Under the pieces are notes generated by a model, which saw nothing but the letters and a program-made list of their open reading frames with translations, was not told where the DNA came from and did no database searches. DNA of 36,665 nucleotides from Sandaracinaceae bacterium (GTDB lineage: Bacteria > Myxococcota_A > Polyangia > Polyangiales > JADJQN01), in the NCBI GenBank assembly GCA_947483975.1, contig CANKOL010000007.1, positions 1-36,665 of the forward strand, read 5' to 3'. A program made the translations under genes and the position numbers. How positions within the stretch are numbered: the first letter of the stretch is position 1; each line of letters begins with the position of its first letter. Shown piece by piece: positions 34,747 to 36,665 of the stretch.

Positions 34747-35652
34747 ATGTCCCGCGCTCGCCCGGTCATCGCCGGCTCGTCCGTCCTCGTCACGCGCCGA
34801 ATACTGCGCCGGCACTTCCTGCTGCGCCCCGACAGCGACTCGCGCCAGCTCTTCGTCTACGCGCTCGCGGTCTCGGCCGCGCGCTACGGGCTGCAGGTCC
34901 ACTCATTCTGCGTGATGTCGACTCACTACCACCTCGTCGCGACCGATGTGCGCGGCGAGCTGCCGGACTTTCTCGCTCACTTCCATCGGTCGATGGCGCT
35001 CGGCCTCAAGGTGGTCCGCAAGTGGGAGGGCGCGGCGTGGGACGACGCGCAGACGTCGGCAGTCCGACTCAAGACGCCCGAGGCGATCCTCGACAAAGTG
35101 GGATACACGCTCGCCAATCCCGTCGCCTCTGGCCTCGTGCGCTACGCGCGCGACTGGCCCGGCGCGAAGAGCCGCGTCGCCGATCTCGCCGGCGGCCGCA
35201 TGCGCGCCGCGCGCCCCGACTACTACTTCGACCCCGAGAACGACGACTGGCCTGACTACGCCGACCTCGAGCTCACGCTCCCGCCGAGCGTCGCGCCCGA
35301 AGACGCCGACGCCTGGCGCGACGCCGCCCGCGCGTCCGTCACCGACCACGAGACGCGCGGCCGCTCGGAGGTCGGCGAGAAGGGCTGGAACTTCGTCGGC
35401 GCAGAGCGCGTCGAGAAGGCATCTCCATACGACCGCGCGACGAGCTTCGAGCCGCTCGTGTCCCGCAATCCGACCTTCGCCGTCGGCGCCGTCGCCGGCG
35501 CGTACAAGGCAGCCGTCAAGGAGTTGCGCGCGTTCGCCGCCGCCTACGAGGCCGCCCTCGAGCGATGGTGTGCGGGCTTCCGAGACGCAGTGTTCCCCGC
35601 CGGCACCTGGTGGATGGTGCGCCACCACGGCGCGGCCGTTGCCACCGCCTAG
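34747..35652 (+). mobile_element. REP-associated tyrosine transposase (RAYT, Y1 HUH family) with long C-terminal extension
   Basis: LVTRR, FCVMSTHYHLV (HUH), YTLANPVASGLV (catalytic Tyr, NPV), DWPG; 301 aa; flanked by repeats. Confidence 0.9.
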
Positions 35653-35800
35653 CGCCGCCCGACGCGCTGACGACGAACGAGGCAGCCGCTGAGCGCTTGG
35701 CCGCGGGAGACGTACGTCTGCGCGGCGTGTAAGGGTGGGTTGCGAGGCCGAAAACGCGCAGAAGCGGGCCCTGAGCGGGCTCGCGCGCGGCCCCGCGGTC

Positions 35801-36010
35801 CAAGGAGCGCCCGGCGAGTGCCGTTGACGGGCGCGCGCGAGGAGGAATTCGTCAGCTGGAGCCGTGAGTGGTTCCTACTCGAAGCTCAACCTCGGTCAGG
35901 TCGCGCAAGGAGCGCCCGGCGAGTGTCGTTGACGGGCGCGCGCGAGGAGGAATTCGTCACCTGGAGCCGTGAATGGTTCCTACTCGAAGCTCAACCTCGG
36001 TCAGGTCGCG
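35801..36010 (+). repeat. Tandem duplication, 2 x 105 bp
   Basis: Units 35801-35905 and 35906-36010 differ at 3 positions; each ends in GCTCAACCTCGGTCAGGTCGCG. Confidence 0.95.
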
Positions 36011-36103
36011 CGTTTTCGTCGCCGCGTGACGGGCTTCGCGCGGCGTCTGTCCTCCTGCGGGCACTCCTGTGCCATTTGTAGGCGCCTGAACGGTCCGACG
36101 CGC

Positions 36104-36664
36104 TCAACCACAGTCCATCTCACTCGTACAGCAGCCGCGACTTTCCATGCAAGAGATTACACACGGTACCGTGAACTCCCCGTTCGTCGCGCAACTCTCC
36201 TGACAGCGGTCCTTGACGTTGTATCTGCAGTTTGTGTTGTGCCGAGCCCCATCCATCCCATCACTGCGCGTTGAACCGCTCGCGGGTCTTGAACGTCTGC
36301 TGTCCCGTTCTTCGGCCAACGCCTGGCGATCACTCCGTCGCTGCGCGTCCGCCTCGGCACGTTCCTCCCGACGTCGGACCGCTTCGTCCGCACGCGCCTG
36401 CGCTCGTGCCGCGGCCAACCGTGCCGAGCGCGCCTGGTCGAGAACCCGCGCAAGCCCCGGACTGACGTCCGCCAATTCAGCACGGAGTCCCTGTATGTTC
36501 TCGTCCGCGAGGCCGTCTAGCACTACTGCGACAGCTACCGCCTGAATTTGCTCGTGAATCCAGGAATCGTCTGCGAGAAATTTCTCTTTCACACGCGAGG
36601 TGTGATCTACGTTCGGCATGCAGACCTGGAAGGACGCCGACGCGAGCCGTCGGCTGGAAGCGTA
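36104..36664 (-). CDS. Hypothetical protein with Cys-rich C-terminus, probably 5'-truncated by the window edge
   Basis: The frame of ORF 36104-36619 stays open to the right edge; coiled-coil-like Arg/Ala/Glu stretch, then 8 Cys in about 40 aa; lower GC (33 of 60 nt at 36121-36180). Confidence 0.55.
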   Translation of the reverse strand, partial: YASSRRLASASFQVCMPNVDHTSRVKEKFLADDSWIHEQIQAVAVAVVLDGLADENIQGLRAELADVSPGLARVLDQARSARLAAARAQARADEAVRRREERAEADAQRRSDRQALAEERDSRRSRPASGSTRSDGMDGARHNTNCRYNVKDRCQESCATNGEFTVPCVISCMESRGCCTSEMDCG

Positions 36665-36665
36665 C

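Noticed and set aside
34747..35652. IS200/IS605 TnpA
   Set aside because: About twice the typical TnpA length, has the RAYT-type NPV motif after the catalytic Tyr, and no tnpB is adjacent.
35801..36010. CRISPR array
   Set aside because: Only two near-identical 105-bp units with no unique spacers, and no cas genes in the window.
35740..36081. 113-aa ORF spanning the tandem repeat
   Set aside because: TTG start without RBS, Arg-rich flanks; openness is explained by the 105-bp unit being a multiple of 3. It cannot be fully excluded.

Overview
High-GC (roughly 70% by eye) bacterial chromosome segment. Gene content (a CglF/GltF-like gliding peptide, large CGDDD lipoproteins, an elb-like lipid cluster, a long RAYT) suggests a myxobacterium, probably Polyangiales; this is inference only. 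Left to right: a translationally coupled minus-strand lipid operon (degenerate HAD, fatty acyl reductase, SDR, pyruvyl-transferase-like protein, a truncated fifth gene); folA and thyA split by an OmpA-domain gene; an FG-GAP/ASPIC lipoprotein; a circularly permuted flavoprotein fused to a membrane ferredoxin; enoyl-CoA hydratase divergent from a saccharopine dehydrogenase-like/phosphotransferase/U32 operon; paralogous small membrane proteins; a methyltransferase; a Zn-ribbon/Tudor-like protein; ATP-grasp plus GNAT; an ApbE/ferric reductase module with a membrane LuxR regulator; a ceramidase-like lipoprotein; a cold-shock gene with promoter and terminator; PilZ; a large amidohydrolase/OB-fold/lamin-tail lipoprotein; and a REP-associated tyrosine transposase. 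The strongest candidate for an undescribed system is the right end: the RAYT is flanked on both sides by same-orientation TCAACCTYGGTC motifs, with a 105-bp tandem duplication and a lower-GC gene ending in a degenerate motif copy. No rRNA, tRNA or CRISPR array was recognised. All family calls come from motif recognition by eye, not database searches.
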